Shown in pieces: positions 10,545 to 23,700 of a stretch of 64,000 nt of DNA (its first letter is position 1; every line of letters starts with the position of its first letter). The position numbers and the translations under genes are program-made. The DNA is from Azolla caroliniana. Taxonomy: Eukaryota > Plantae > Polypodiophyta. The stretch spans positions 25,606,001 to 25,670,000 of the forward strand of contig JBHGNT010000002.1 of NCBI GenBank assembly GCA_043228905.1, given 5' to 3'. The notes under the pieces were generated by a model. That model was not told the DNA's origin, did not search any database, and was given only the letters and a program-made list of their open reading frames with translations.

Positions 10545-13500
10545 ATGGGCAATTGTCTGGGCCGAAATCACGAAAACGACGACAACAATAATAGTGAGAA
10601 GAAGTCCACCAAAACTAATCCCATAGGCCTGTCTGCCCATCCAACAATCAACGACGACTCTTCTCTATATGAAGCAAAGAAAACGATTAACAATGATGAT
10701 GAAATCTCTAGGAATAACAAGGATGAAGACTCTAAGGATCATGAAATCCTGAAGAATGTGGATGATGGAATGTCAAAGACAAATCAGAAGAAGACGAAGG
10801 ATGAGGGTATCGTCTCGAAAAAGATTCAAGAATTTGCAGAAAAAGGAAACGATCATGATCATCATACATTGACCCCTAGCAAATTGACGAAGTTTGATCC
10901 GGGCACGGTCCTTCTGCGTGCAATGGAAGACGTCCGGGCAACCTACACTATGGGCAGAGAGCTAGGACGGGGGCAATTCGGAATCACATACCTTTGCACG
11001 CACAAGGTATGCTGCATTCGCTTATTCACTGTTTCGCTTTGGAAAAAGTTTGGGCAAAATTAGGTGCTATGCACTTGACTGAATCTTTTCACATACTTGA
11101 GAGCTATGATCTCCATACAAGGTCTTAGACCTTAAGGGGCTAATGTATGCTTGTTTGTTATTTTGTTTTGGAAAAGATTGGCTAGTTTGCTGTTTCGTTT
11201 TGAGAAAAGTTGACAAATTGATTTGCTATGGTTGAGTTGTACCCACGCAAGGTATTATAACTCGTATTTGCTATTTTTGGGAACAGTTTGGCAAATTCAT
11301 TGAGCTATGGTTCAGTAGGCTCTTGTTTAAATTTTAGTTGGCATTTCAGTCACTAAAAGTCAATCTACTATTTCCTAAAGTCTACTTTGAAAATGCCCCA
11401 AAAATCCCTCTTCCTATTTTAATTAATCACATTCATGGTCCTTGTAAATATATGTAGCTCATTGGAAACATTCGTTTTTCTTTGTCTTGTTTCTGGGACA
11501 CTGATATTTGCAAACAAAAGGCAATGCATCACATCACATTGAGCTTTGCACATTATGGCTTGTTGTCCTTTTTAACCCATCACATTGACAATGTGGGTTT
11601 CCATCCGTCAAAGGTAATCAAGAAATCACCTGTCAGTATTTTCTCTAGAAATTAGGTTCGTGCAAAAGAAGTTTGGCCAAAATAATTATGGAGTTGGGGG
11701 CAAGAATAGACAATTTGCTAAACATTTAGAAATATATTTCTGTAAATGCAAATTAATTTTCAAGTTTGAGAGTAGTGCATGATTATTAAGGCAAAGTGAA
11801 CATAAATAAGGGGAATTTAACAGTCAATTATGGTACCCAAATTAATCAGTTCTTGTTTAAGGAAAATGATATTAATTTGGATGTCACTTACTCTTTACAC
11901 ACACACACACACACAAGGTATCAGGTGAGCTTTTGGCTTGCAAATCAATCGCGAAAAGAAAGCTTTTGTCAAAAGAGGACATCGACGATGTACGGAGAGA
12001 GATACAAATAATGCATCATCTCACAGGACAACGTAACATTGTGGAATTGAAAGGAGCTTATGAGGATCGGAGCTCGGTTCATTTAGTTATGGAGCTTTGT
12101 GCTGGTGGAGAGCTTTTTGATAGGATCATTGCTAAAGGGAAGTATACCGAAAGGGCTGCTGCGGGTTTGTTTCGTACCATCATCGAGGTCATACAAACAT
12201 GCCATTCTCTTGGGGTTATGCATAGAGACATTAAGCCGGAGAATTTCCTGTTTCTTAACAAGGCCGAGGATTCTCCTCTCAAGACCACCGACTTTGGACT
12301 CTCCGTGTTTTTCAAACCAGGTAAAACAGTTGTAGGCATATATATATGCATGTGGAAGTGTAAGTGTAAGTGTATGTGTTTGTGCATTATGGATGCGTAT
12401 GCTTATGTGTATGTGCATTTTGTGTGTGTATGTTTATGTGTATGTGCATTGTCTATGCGTATGCTTATGTGTATGTGAATTGTATATGCGTATGCCCATG
12501 TGCATTGTATATGCGCATTTCCATGTGCATATGCATAGTCTTTTATGTTTGAGAGACTTTATGATACAATCCAACCTAGTAAATAACTATAGAAATCTAT
12601 TTATCCACTAACGGGCCTCAAGCTCCAGTATTCAGCAAATATGTTCTGTATTAATTGGCGAAGTTTTCTTTCCCTATATTTAAAGAACTTCAGTAGAAAA
12701 TAAGTGTTCTTCAAACAAGGTAACCGATGTTTATGCATTTACATTCATATGGCTTGAATTTCAGTATTCCAGAAGACGTTTCTGTCATTAATTTGCTAAG
12801 TTTCCCTTTCGTGCATGGGAGAAATGGAAATGATGAGATAATTCTGCATAAATTGATAGGATTTCAGTAGAGATTGGTAATGTATTTATGTCTGATTCAG
12901 TTCCATCTACAAACACTACCGAACTTGGAAATTCTACTGCCAGTTTTAGAGAATAGCCTTTTTTTTCTCTGGGCATTATGTAACTATTTTATCATCTGCA
13001 GCTTGACCTTTTTTTGTTGTTTCCATGTTGTGTAGCCTTTATGAGAATTTTATCCCATTTGAATACAGGGGAGATCTTCAAAGAAGTTGTTGGGAGTGCA
13101 TATTATGTTGCACCAGAGGTGCTTCAACGCTGCTATGGTCCTGAGGCTGATCTATGGAGTGCTGGAGTTTTGCTTTACATTCTGTTAAGTGGTGTTCCCC
13201 CTTTCTGGGCAGGTTGCAACTGTGAACACTGAACTCATGGTGATTTCTGGAATTGTTTGTTTTGAATTCTTAGTAGCTGGAAAGGCAAGGAATAAAATGC
13301 ATATACATATTGTCAAAGAAGTGATTTGATAGGAATTTTTAATAGCTTCATTTATGATCTGAATTATTAAAGGAATTGAGGATAGGAATTCTTAAGGAAT
13401 TGGTTTGACTGAGTGTTCCTAGTAAGCTTGATGATGTGAAACTCTTAGTAGTTCGAGGAATTATATGATATGAATGTTTGAGGAATTATATGATTGGAAA

Positions 13501-15843
13501 ACTTGGAAGTTTTTGGAATTATTGATTTGCCCTGCAAACTTGTTTTTGCTGATACTTTTCAGCTCTAATGGTGTACAGAGACAGAGGATGGTATATTTAA
13601 TGAAATTATGGAAGGCAACCTCGACTTCGTTAGTAATCCATGGCCATCTATCTCATCAGCAGCGAAAGACCTTGTCAGAAAGATGCTGAGGCAAGATGTG
13701 AAGGAGCGGTTAACTGCCCATCAAGTTCTTAGTAAGAGTTTACTATCCGTAGCTATAGCTTCCAAAATCTACTTTTAAACTTATCGACCTCTTACTTATG
13801 GATTCTTTAAATGATCTTTGCACTTAGATCATCCATGGATCCGAATAGATGGAGAGGCTCCAGATAAACCTCTTGATAGTGCTGTATTGTCAAGGTTGAA
13901 ACAATTTAGAGCAATGAATAAACTCAAGAAACTTGCTCTCAAGGTATGAACTGGCTCTATTCTGAATAGTTAACTGCACATTATGCTTATATAATTGATC
14001 CAAGATTTAAAAGCCCATGAAATGTATCTATTGAAATTTTTAGATGCTATTATATCCTAGTTTGGTACACACAGAATGGGAGAGAATTTATCTAAGCAGG
14101 AAATGTTTTCTTTTAAACTTTTCATCTAATAAAATGAGAAACATGATTGGTAAAAGCTCCTAAAAATTCCATAATATTGAGATGAAATGCTTGTTTTTGA
14201 GCAAATTCCTAAATTGTTTTAATTATGAAAACATGTGTATGAGGGGCAGTACCTTTTAATGAGTTTTGTAATGGGATGTGGGACTCACATAATTCATTTC
14301 TTTGAATATTTGGATGTTTAGGTTATAGCAGAGAATTTGTCAGAGGAGGAGATTGTTGGTTTGAAAGAGATGTTTAAGAGCATGGACACTGATAACAGTG
14401 GTACGATCACATTTGAGGAGTTGAAGGCAGGTCTAGCAAAGCAAGGAGCCAACCTTGCTGAATCGGAGGTTCGGCAGTTAATGGAGGCGGTTAGTGTCTC
14501 ATCTCTTCTTTTTTATTTGTAACATTGCTTGTTTATGTTTCTCATATTCCATTTGCTTAATAATGACTATCCTTGTCAAACATCTTTATAAGTAGGTGTC
14601 TGCATCAAATCTTAAGCAGCCCTCATGATGTTCATGTAACAAAATCAATATATTAGTTCCCTGATTAACAAACTATCGGTTTGTAGTTATATATATCCAC
14701 AAGGTTTCTAGATAAAATCGCAAACTGCAATGTAACACAGTCAATATAAACATTAAATGCCACAATTTCCAGTGCTTTACTTTTATGTTTTAAGTGGAAG
14801 CAAAGTAGTGTTAAAAGTGGTCCTTTCAATCAACTTTTTAGGGAATCACCACACTGACAATAAACCTTAAAAGCTTGAAGAATAGCATTGCATAGAATTT
14901 CATACCAGAGTAGAGTTTTTTTAACTTGATGTGAAATTTGTGCTGTATAAACTGAATATTACTGGAATCAATCAGGTTTACATTTCCTCAATTTGAAAGC
15001 ATAACAGAGATATTCATCAATTTTTTGCTAAAATATGGTGAATCATCTAAAAGATTGCATAGTCTGAATTTTAATGGCAAAAACTAATTTTTACTATATA
15101 TTGAGTTTTCAGGCTGATGTAGATGGGAACGGATCAATTGATTATACAGAATTCATCACAGCCACAATGCATATGAACAAGATGGAGAAAGAAGATCATT
15201 TGTTTGCTGCTTTTGAATATTTTGACAAGGACCATAGTGGGTAAGGTTTTCTTATCTACACCAAAATACCTTCCCCAGATTGTCAGATATGACCCTTCAA
15301 CTTTCAAACCTGGTTTTCTTATTTACACTGAAACTACCCCCAATATTTTGTATATTACCCATAGCAACTCTCAAAATATTATACAGAGGAGCATTCAACT
15401 AAAATCTTAAAACCTAGGGGGTATTTTTTGTGCATTTCCCCCCTTTATTTTACCACAATTTCCTGTATTGTTTTCATGTTTTTTTCAAAACAGAGATGCA
15501 AACATATAAAATATCTTTTTTTCAAATTGTTTTTTATCTACTTTAGATACATCACAGTCGATGAATTAGAAGATGCTCTGACAAAGCATAACATGGGGGA
15601 TGAGGCAACTATCCGAGATATCATTGCCGAAGTCGATACAGATAGAGTGAGTTATATTTACGAAACAAACTCTCGATTCGGGATGATTCATTACAGTTTC
15701 TTTTGTTATTATTTAAGGATGCTAAATCTCTTCAATGCTTTTCGTAGGATGGACGAATAAATTATGATGAGTTTGCAGCGATGATGAGGAAAGGGACACC
15801 AGGAGCTAATCGGAAAAGGGATACACCGACATGGAATTGTTAA
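10545..15843 (+). CDS. CPK: Calcium-dependent protein kinase (CDPK, group II, CPK17/CPK34-like), 9 exons
   Basis: Exons 10545-11006, 11918-12320, 13069-13212, 13579-13731, 13828-13943, 14322-14489, 15113-15240, 15547-15646, 15748-15843. N-terminal MGNC (myristoylation/palmitoylation-type). Kinase motifs [29 protein letters not shown]; junction [20 protein letters not shown]; four EF hands [48 protein letters not shown]. Confidence 0.96.
12340..12535 (+). repeat. TG/TATG-rich low-complexity tract in CPK intron 2
   Basis: Degenerate gtgtat/atgcat repeats immediately after the exon 2 donor. Confidence 0.8.
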
Positions 15844-16905
15844 TCAGCCCCGCTCTTGTTAATGGTTCCATGTTTATTTGTCCTCATGTTTTTTGTAGTA
15901 TTCATGTAATTCCTTTAGTGTACTACCACGAACATTCAAGATTGATGAGTTGTAAAAAATTGTGGGGATGGTCTGATGCCCATCATTATAGAGTTTAGTT
16001 AGGTTTTAGATCATTCAAAACTTTTCCTTCGAATAAGGAATGTAGTAAAGTTGTATAAGGCTCATATCGTAGAGCATGTATAGTATGGCCTAGGAAGCCA
16101 TTGTATAGTGCCTACTGCTTTAACAATGAATAATAGATCAACTTTATTTCTCAAAGGTAGAGGAAAATGGCATCCCATCGCAAGCAATGAGTAATTTTGA
16201 AGTCCCATCAATGTCCCCAAAATTCCTAAAGAATAAATGAACTTTTGCTATAGATGGTACTTTGTTATCGATAACAGGTTATAGTTTGCTTGGAATGAGA
16301 AATTGATGCAAGTAATTGTGGAGAGGAGTTCATGTGTGCTACAAAATGTATGACTAGTGTAAGAGATGTTGTTGGCATACAATGTAGTTGAACCATAGAT
16401 TCTTGTCTTGTATTACGAGGTGAGATATTTGTAAGGCTTACATTTTACATTAACGAGTGTTGAGGTTGAGGAAATTTAAATTGCTAATTATCACGTACTT
16501 ACTAATGAAGCAAAGATTACTACAGGGTAAAAAAAGAGACATATCGAATTTATGGCTTGGAAGAGACAATTGAAAATGTGATTGTTTTTAAGGTCAAAAG
16601 TGGGAAGTTATTGCTTGGAAGAGACAATTCAAAATGTGATTGTTTAAGGTGCAAGCCCATTTTTGGATCAAACGAACTTTTGTTTCATGCCAAGAAAGTG
16701 TCCTTTCCCCCATCATCCAAGAATTCTCCTATTTAATCTCTTTTTTATGGGGTGCGTAGTCGAGGGAGTAGATAATAGGTTTATTCCTTTTTAGGCACAT
16801 TCCTTCTTGGATGCTCCATTCTCATGTTTGGTTTGTACCCTAATGAAAATATATATTCTTTATGATGAAAGATTTTAAGGGAATATTGTAGGTTGGGCCT
16901 TGTTT

Positions 16906-17112
16906 GGGGCGGAATGAACCTTTTTTCTTTTTTTCTTTTTGATAAAATATTCACCTTGGTATTAATGAAAAGATGCCCAAAGGCTACAAAGAACTCATAC
17001 AGAAAAACATAATCATCATACCCTCATCAACCAACATGTCGAATAGCAAAAGCCCTCACGCATCTACTTGAGCATGAAATCGGGGTCCTTCCAAGACAGG
17101 GGGCGGAATGAA
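16906..17112 (-). mobile_element. Short 5'-truncated poly(A) retro-insertion (L1-type LINE 3' end or SINE) with a 13-bp TSD
   Basis: GGGGCGGAATGAA occurs at 16906-16918 and 17100-17112. The 181-bp insert begins with a T-tract followed by GATAA on the + strand, i.e. ...TTATC plus poly(A) on the - strand. Confidence 0.8.
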
Positions 17113-18547
17113 GCTTATTTCACTTATAGAGAAATAAATAAATAAATAAAAGTTGCATAGAAAAGAGAGGGATTGAGTCAGCAATGGATAAGTTTAAAGG
17201 ATCAAATAAAAGTCTTGTGCAAAAGACGAGAAGGATCAAATCAAGAATGTGTTATAAAACAAAGAAAAGGCCTAGATTGCACCAAAGAGCTTCATATTTT
17301 CCTACAACTACATTACCTTTCAGCTAGAGTTTTTCTTTTACATGTACTTGAAATGGGTTGGTAATGGCCCTTTTTACACAAGAACTTGAATGGCTTCAAC
17401 ATTAATTGAGGAGGGCCTTGAAATCATGCGGAAATAGCTTGTCTTAGCTGGATAATGTCATTAAGTTTTTGTATTAAAAAATGAAGTTATTTTGTATGCG
17501 TAGAATCTTGCTTCCATTCCATGGATTTAATCAACTCAATGGAACACTCACAGATTGGAAAATTATCCCACACCCACAAGACACCCAACACAACAACAAA
17601 CCTAATTACTTAAGAAATAGTGGCCTAGGTAGGTAACCTCACATCAACATTTCCAACGAGGAAAAGCATGTATGGACTACATAGTTCTCAAATAAATGGC
17701 AATGATGGGTAATGAACTAAAAGTGATCACCACACCAATTAATATATTGGTTTCCAACTAATTCCTAAGCAACTCGATTGATTATTTGGTTCAAGTTATT
17801 ATACAAAGTAAATTGAGCAATAGTTGATAGGCAATGTAATGTAAATGTATATAGCTGCCTCATCCTAATGCAATATAATGATAGGGTTATGACAAACTTA
17901 TGGTGATTATGACAAAGTGCTTGCAAACCTTAATGGATCATTAGCACAAGGATGTTGTATTGCGTTAAATGAATGATTGTTGGAACTCCATCATCATGAT
18001 GCAATGTAATAAATAGGTTGATCATCTTGAATGACTAGAAAACTTTTGCTTATTGTGGTAAGTGACCAACTCATATATAAAGTATTGTGGAACTCCATAA
18101 AGCAAGGACTCTCCCTAAAGTAGTACAAGTTTTTCTTATCTACTTCCGTATTAGTCAATGTTAAATATTAATATTTAGACTAGATTTTGTTTTTGTAAGG
18201 CATAAAATTTTAATGTGTGACGTTCATATTTTGGTATATCTACCAGTATTAAGGCTTAGAGTTGATATAACCATTATACACTAGGTTGGGAGTATTATTC
18301 GAGTGAATACCTCATTACTCTTTTATGAGGTCCATGAAGCAACATGTATATCCCCCCCTTACTTTCTTTGAGAAATCGAGTGGCAACAAAGTAGGACCAT
18401 GATCAAGGTCATGAAATTGGTGTTTGATGGTAAAGTTTGCGAGGCCTTTCATACAAGCATAGAAACCTAGGATTGTATCTATGGGATTGAGGAAGGAAGC
18501 CATGATTGGCATGATAGCAGTGATAAAGCCGTATATATATGTACACT

Positions 18548-18915
18548 ATGTACATTTTGGTCATGTAACAGAAGGCAATCTATGATTTATCATTGGAAGC
18601 CAGGCTATACGAATGCACTATTCATGATGTTAGTGATGGCGACACTACTCTACATATGGCTATATATATGATGTACATTTTGGTCATGTAATAGAAGACA
18701 ATCTATGATTTATCATCGGAAGCCAGGCTATACGAATGCACTATTCGTGATGTTAGTGATGGCGACACTACTCTACATATGTACAAGTATTGAGTACAAA
18801 CTACCACGAGAATACTACGGTACAAACCACCATGAGATAAATTACACACGACATGTACTGAGTACAAACTACCAGGAGGAGAATACTACGGTACAAACTA
18901 CCATGAGATAAATTA
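18548..18915. repeat. Tandem duplications (~123-bp unit x2, followed by a shorter duplicated unit)
   Basis: atgtacattttggtcatgtaa...ctctacatatg starts at 18548 and 18671. gagtacaaactacca...ccatgagataaatta occurs twice in 18790-18915. Confidence 0.85.
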
Positions 18916-19005
18916 TGGTCATGCCCCAACATTTAGGTTATTTACACAAATAGCTCCCCGCCCATGTTTGCAATAATTCCCAGCTATAGCCCTATGCGAC
19001 TCATT

Positions 19006-19040
19006 CATCGCCATCGCCATCGCCATCGCCATCGCCATCG
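19006..19040 (+). repeat. (CATCGC)n hexamer repeat
   Basis: Five to six consecutive catcgc units. Confidence 0.9.
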
Positions 19041-20794
19041 GAGTTCATCAGGTATTTCTAGTGTTTTTCTTCTCTAACCTGTGTAGTTTTCTAGGAGTTT
19101 TGCTCTTATTGTTATTATTTTTAGTAGTAGTATTCTTCTTTAGTAAACCTGCGCTTTGAATGAAGGGATTCAAATGCATTAAGGGCCTTGATTAATTGAA
19201 AAGAAGTAACATGCACCTATTTTGTAATCTGTAACGTTTACCTACTTTCTCACAACATCTACAGAAAACATTTCTCCCTCATATATTTTTCCCCATATTG
19301 CTTAAAATTCATGTTTTTATCCATAAGCTTCCCCGAAATGGCTATTTCACCGATTAACTTTTATTTTTCAATGATTTTCGAAACGTTGCGGTAGGTTTTT
19401 TATCCCTAATTTGTGAAACTTTCTGGTGTTCCATTATATCCATATTGTTTTCAAAGATTCTCAAAAATTTGCTGCATTAATCAAATGCCAGGCTTTAACT
19501 TTTACCAAACTTTACAACATTTGATTTTGAAATCTTCTCCAGAAATTTCAATATTTTTGTATTCACCAAAAAACTAAAATTTCTGAACTTAGTCCAAAGT
19601 TGTTTCAAAAGGCCTATACGTTGGTTACGTCTTTTATATACATTCAATCATGTTTATGTCTATGATACTTTGGGAGGAGAAAGAGAGTAGAAGAAATCAA
19701 ACATATAGAAGGTGTGAAAAATATACACTGCTGTTATTAGTTAGGAAGGCAATCTATTGGTTTTTGCATTGCTGTTAGAGACCTATGAATAATAAGCTAC
19801 TTCAGTTAGCAATCATCCACTCTGATGTGTGTGAAATCATTGTCTTTATATAAGGTCATATATGAAGCGTATAGTTTATTGAGAAAAACATTTTATAGCT
19901 TATACGCTAATTAATTTCACATCACCAAAGTCCAACCCTCATTTGTTGCATTCTGATTTTCTCACAGTACGAGAGTTCAAATGTAATTGTTAGTGTCATA
20001 TATGATTTGGCTTGATGTGTAGCGTGTATTTCAGTTGTCAACATATATGTTGAGGGGATCTATGCACAAAATCAAATATGAATTTATTGTTAAACGTGTA
20101 TATATTTTTAATAGCAATGCACAATAAATAATTTGTTGAAAAGTCTTCAGTAATTGCTGGGTTTTCAGATTTGACTTAATGACGAGTGTGCTTTCATATG
20201 TATCAATGGCCTTTTACCTGTTTCCATACACTATACAAGGCGTTGTCCCTAGAACTCGCTATTGTTGGCATCAAATAAAACCATTATTTCATGGTAAGAT
20301 TTCTTTTTCTTTGTCATGACATTGCCTCTTGTTTCCATGTTCTATCCCTTCATTACATAAATTATTCTAATTCCTTAATTATAAAAAATGATAAACATCT
20401 TAGCCTACTGTTTTATATTAAACATCTGTCTGTATATTGTTTTATTACATTATTTATTACCTACATGTTACATGTCTACTCTGTCTGCCCTCTCGGCCCC
20501 TTGTGTATGCAATAAGGATTGCTGCTTATTAGAGACATTGAATGAAACATCTCCATGGTGACCCACCTTCAGCATTATCTAGTTGGTGGTATTAGTTAAC
20601 GTTTGGAATCAATATCCTGGCTATTTATAATGAAGGCTTCAGAATTACCAGAATAAATTCACAATAAATAAGACCCTAATCTAGTAAATTGACTATTCGT
20701 ACATGCAAGCCATCTAATAGCCAATTTTTCATTTTTTTTAGGGGAACCCACCAAATTTTAGTTTTGGAGCTCCTGCAAGTTGCAAGGTGAATTG

Positions 20795-23700
20795 TCAGTA
20801 TGATTCTGATTGTTTTTGCCCGAAAAGGGTGGCATTTGTTTCTCGTGGCTTGTCACCAACAGAGTTAACTTCTTGACCACCTCCAACAGTGTTCAGATCC
20901 AAGTATCTATGCAACTTTCTTATTTCCACACATGGCCCATGTTTCAACTCATCTATTGTTTGTTCAGTGACCTTTTTATCATCTGTATGCCATGTGATTT
21001 TTGAATCCCCATCTCTTGATACCACATTATTTTGGTCATCAAGGCAGCTTACAGTGCATTCCAGCTGTTTTACATCAACAATACTCTCGATGGCAATGTT
21101 TTTTACCTCACAGACTTCATTCATATTAAGTTGTTTTATCTCCTGAACATCATTGATAGTAATCTCTTTAATATCGTGGACATCAACAATGACCTCAAGC
21201 TGTTTTTCATCACGGTCATCAACAAGGACTTCTTTACAGTTATCCACCTGTTCATCGCTATCAGCTTTATCTGGGACATCTGAATCTTCAATTTCCTCAT
21301 TATATTCCATGTCACTCTTGTCACATTTCATATACTTACCATGCGTTTTAGTAGATGGTCTCTTCTGGCTTCGGTGAAGAGCCCCTTTCTCAACATTTTC
21401 TTGCATTTCCTTGTTTTGGCCTCTTTTTCTATGCCCCTGCTCATCATCATCATAATGGTTTTCCCAACCATATACCCCTTCATCAGTAGATTCCGGCTCA
21501 TCTTCATCATCATCATGACCATCTTCTTCTTCCTCTTCCATACCCCTGTATTCATCATTATCATCTGAACTCTCAAGCTTTTTTCTCTTTCTTCTATCAT
21601 AATTTGCAGCATATATCGCCTCCCCTTCAATAGCATCTTCACTGGAGTATCCAGACTCTCCCCCTGATACGACATTGACAAAATCATCCTCAGCATATCT
21701 TTGCAGCTTGCTGCGTCGTCTTGCCCTGTTGTACAAAGTTTTACAACAAGCATAAGAGAATGCACTTTCACAATATGAGTGGATTTTGTTTTCCATCGAC
21801 ATGGATATGAAACTAGCTAAGCAAATTAAACCATATAAAGTCAATGTTTCACAAAGAGAAAATGTTTGAATCTACATGATTATGAAAAGATGAAACAAAA
21901 ATTAAGCAAACATATTTAAAGACCTGACATATAGTCCACCAGAGAGGCTAGAGTCAGATTCAGAGGAATGAGAGGAGGTAACTTTAGTCGGTTTAAGTCG
22001 CCTTTTTGTTCTACTTGGGTTAGTTTTCTTAGCCATATGTCGATCTTCTGGTTGATGTCGATTTACTTTCTCATCAGATGTTTGTTTAGTGGAACCATTT
22101 GACGACTTATTGCGGCCTATAAGCATCTCTGGAGATGTGTGCTGCCGCCTGTAAATACTCTATTTTAGCTCAAAATTCATGTTCAACAAGGTAGGAATAT
22201 TGTTGATAAAGGAAACATACTTGGTTATCTTGATTGCGTCACTGATTGATTTGTCATAATCATCTGAAAATGTTTTACTGTTATCAATAAAGAAAAATAG
22301 AAGGAAACTAAAAGAAAAGAGAAAGAAAGAAATTTAGTTTAACATCTATTAAAGGAGAAAATTAGCCTATGAGAGAAGACAAATGTATGGTGTATGTCCA
22401 TACACTATGGATAAAGAGTAGCAGTACAACAATGACAGCATTGTGTTGGAGGGTGGCAGCTCCAGACCTACACTCTCTTTCATCTTTATTATCTCTCTTC
22501 TACATTCTCTCTTCGTAGATTCTTCTCTCTCTAGAATCTGCAACGCTTTAAATGCCTTCTCTCTCTTCCACTTTTTCCAAGATATTCCCTCGTATTCCTA
22601 GTTTATTGTACCTGTTTGGTAGAACAAGAGTCACTTAACTACCAAACAACCATTTCACCCACGTTCACCAAATTTTGTATAAGTAGGCTATAGCAGCCTC
22701 TTTTGAAAAGACTTTATTTTTGCTGCTACTTGTCTCTACTCTTTGCAACCGTTTTTGCAACTGCTGTCGAACAGGCTTCTCACAACTTGGCTGTGTCTAT
22801 TTTTCTGTTCTAACAACTGTTCCGCTGCTGCTATTAACAGCTTTTCTCACACATTGGAAGGTGAGACACTTATAGGATCAAACTGGTAAATGAGTTAGAA
22901 ATCATTGCATGGTAGAAGAGGAGAGAAAAAGATGGAAATTCAATAAATGATGGAAATATCCACATAGATATTTAAACAAGAAAAATAGGAAAAAGGGTAT
23001 TCAAAAATGAGAATAAGCAGAAAAAGACAAAGGGACTCACAGAGAAGTAGCTATATATAATGGCCCTACCCACAGCACAGCTGAATATGGAGCTAACAGA
23101 AAAACAATGCCAAAACAATAAAGAATCCCTTACCAAAAGTATATGTAACAGGTTTCCGTTGGCGCTTCGATCGACCATTAGTCATATCTTCAGTGTTGAG
23201 AGAGCTGTCCAGAAGCACTGCTTGTCGTTGTTGCTTCTTCAGAGCACGTTCTCTTCTCTGTTGTCATGAAGTAATATACTGAGTTGCATGCATGAATTTT
23301 TGTAGTAATATTGTAACTGTGAAACAACCTAATAGGTTTTGAATGGTAATATATTTGTGAGTGATTCTGAATTAAATTCTACATTCATAAAACCTAAAGA
23401 GAAACTTAATTCTAGTGTCTCAGCTCTCATCTTATCCAGTTATACTAATAACAACCAGGAAAAACAATGCTCACCATGGGCATCGCAAGCTGCTTGTTAG
23501 TTTATTGTTTTGAGAAACTCTACAATTGTTTACTTTGAAATTATATAACTGAACTGGCAAGAAGAAGAAAAAAAAAACCTGCTGCAGATCTTTTAAGTCA
23601 GGAATGATAGTGTTGTTTATTCTTTTGCCGATGGTAACCTCCATTCTGTTCCAGCTTAAAGACAGTTTATCCTGAATTTTGAGATAAATGAACATCATCT

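Noticed and set aside
18930-19700. Possible Mutator-like terminus (ggttatttacacaaatagc) with CATCGC repeats
   Set aside because: No matching inverted end or 9-bp TSD was found in the window.
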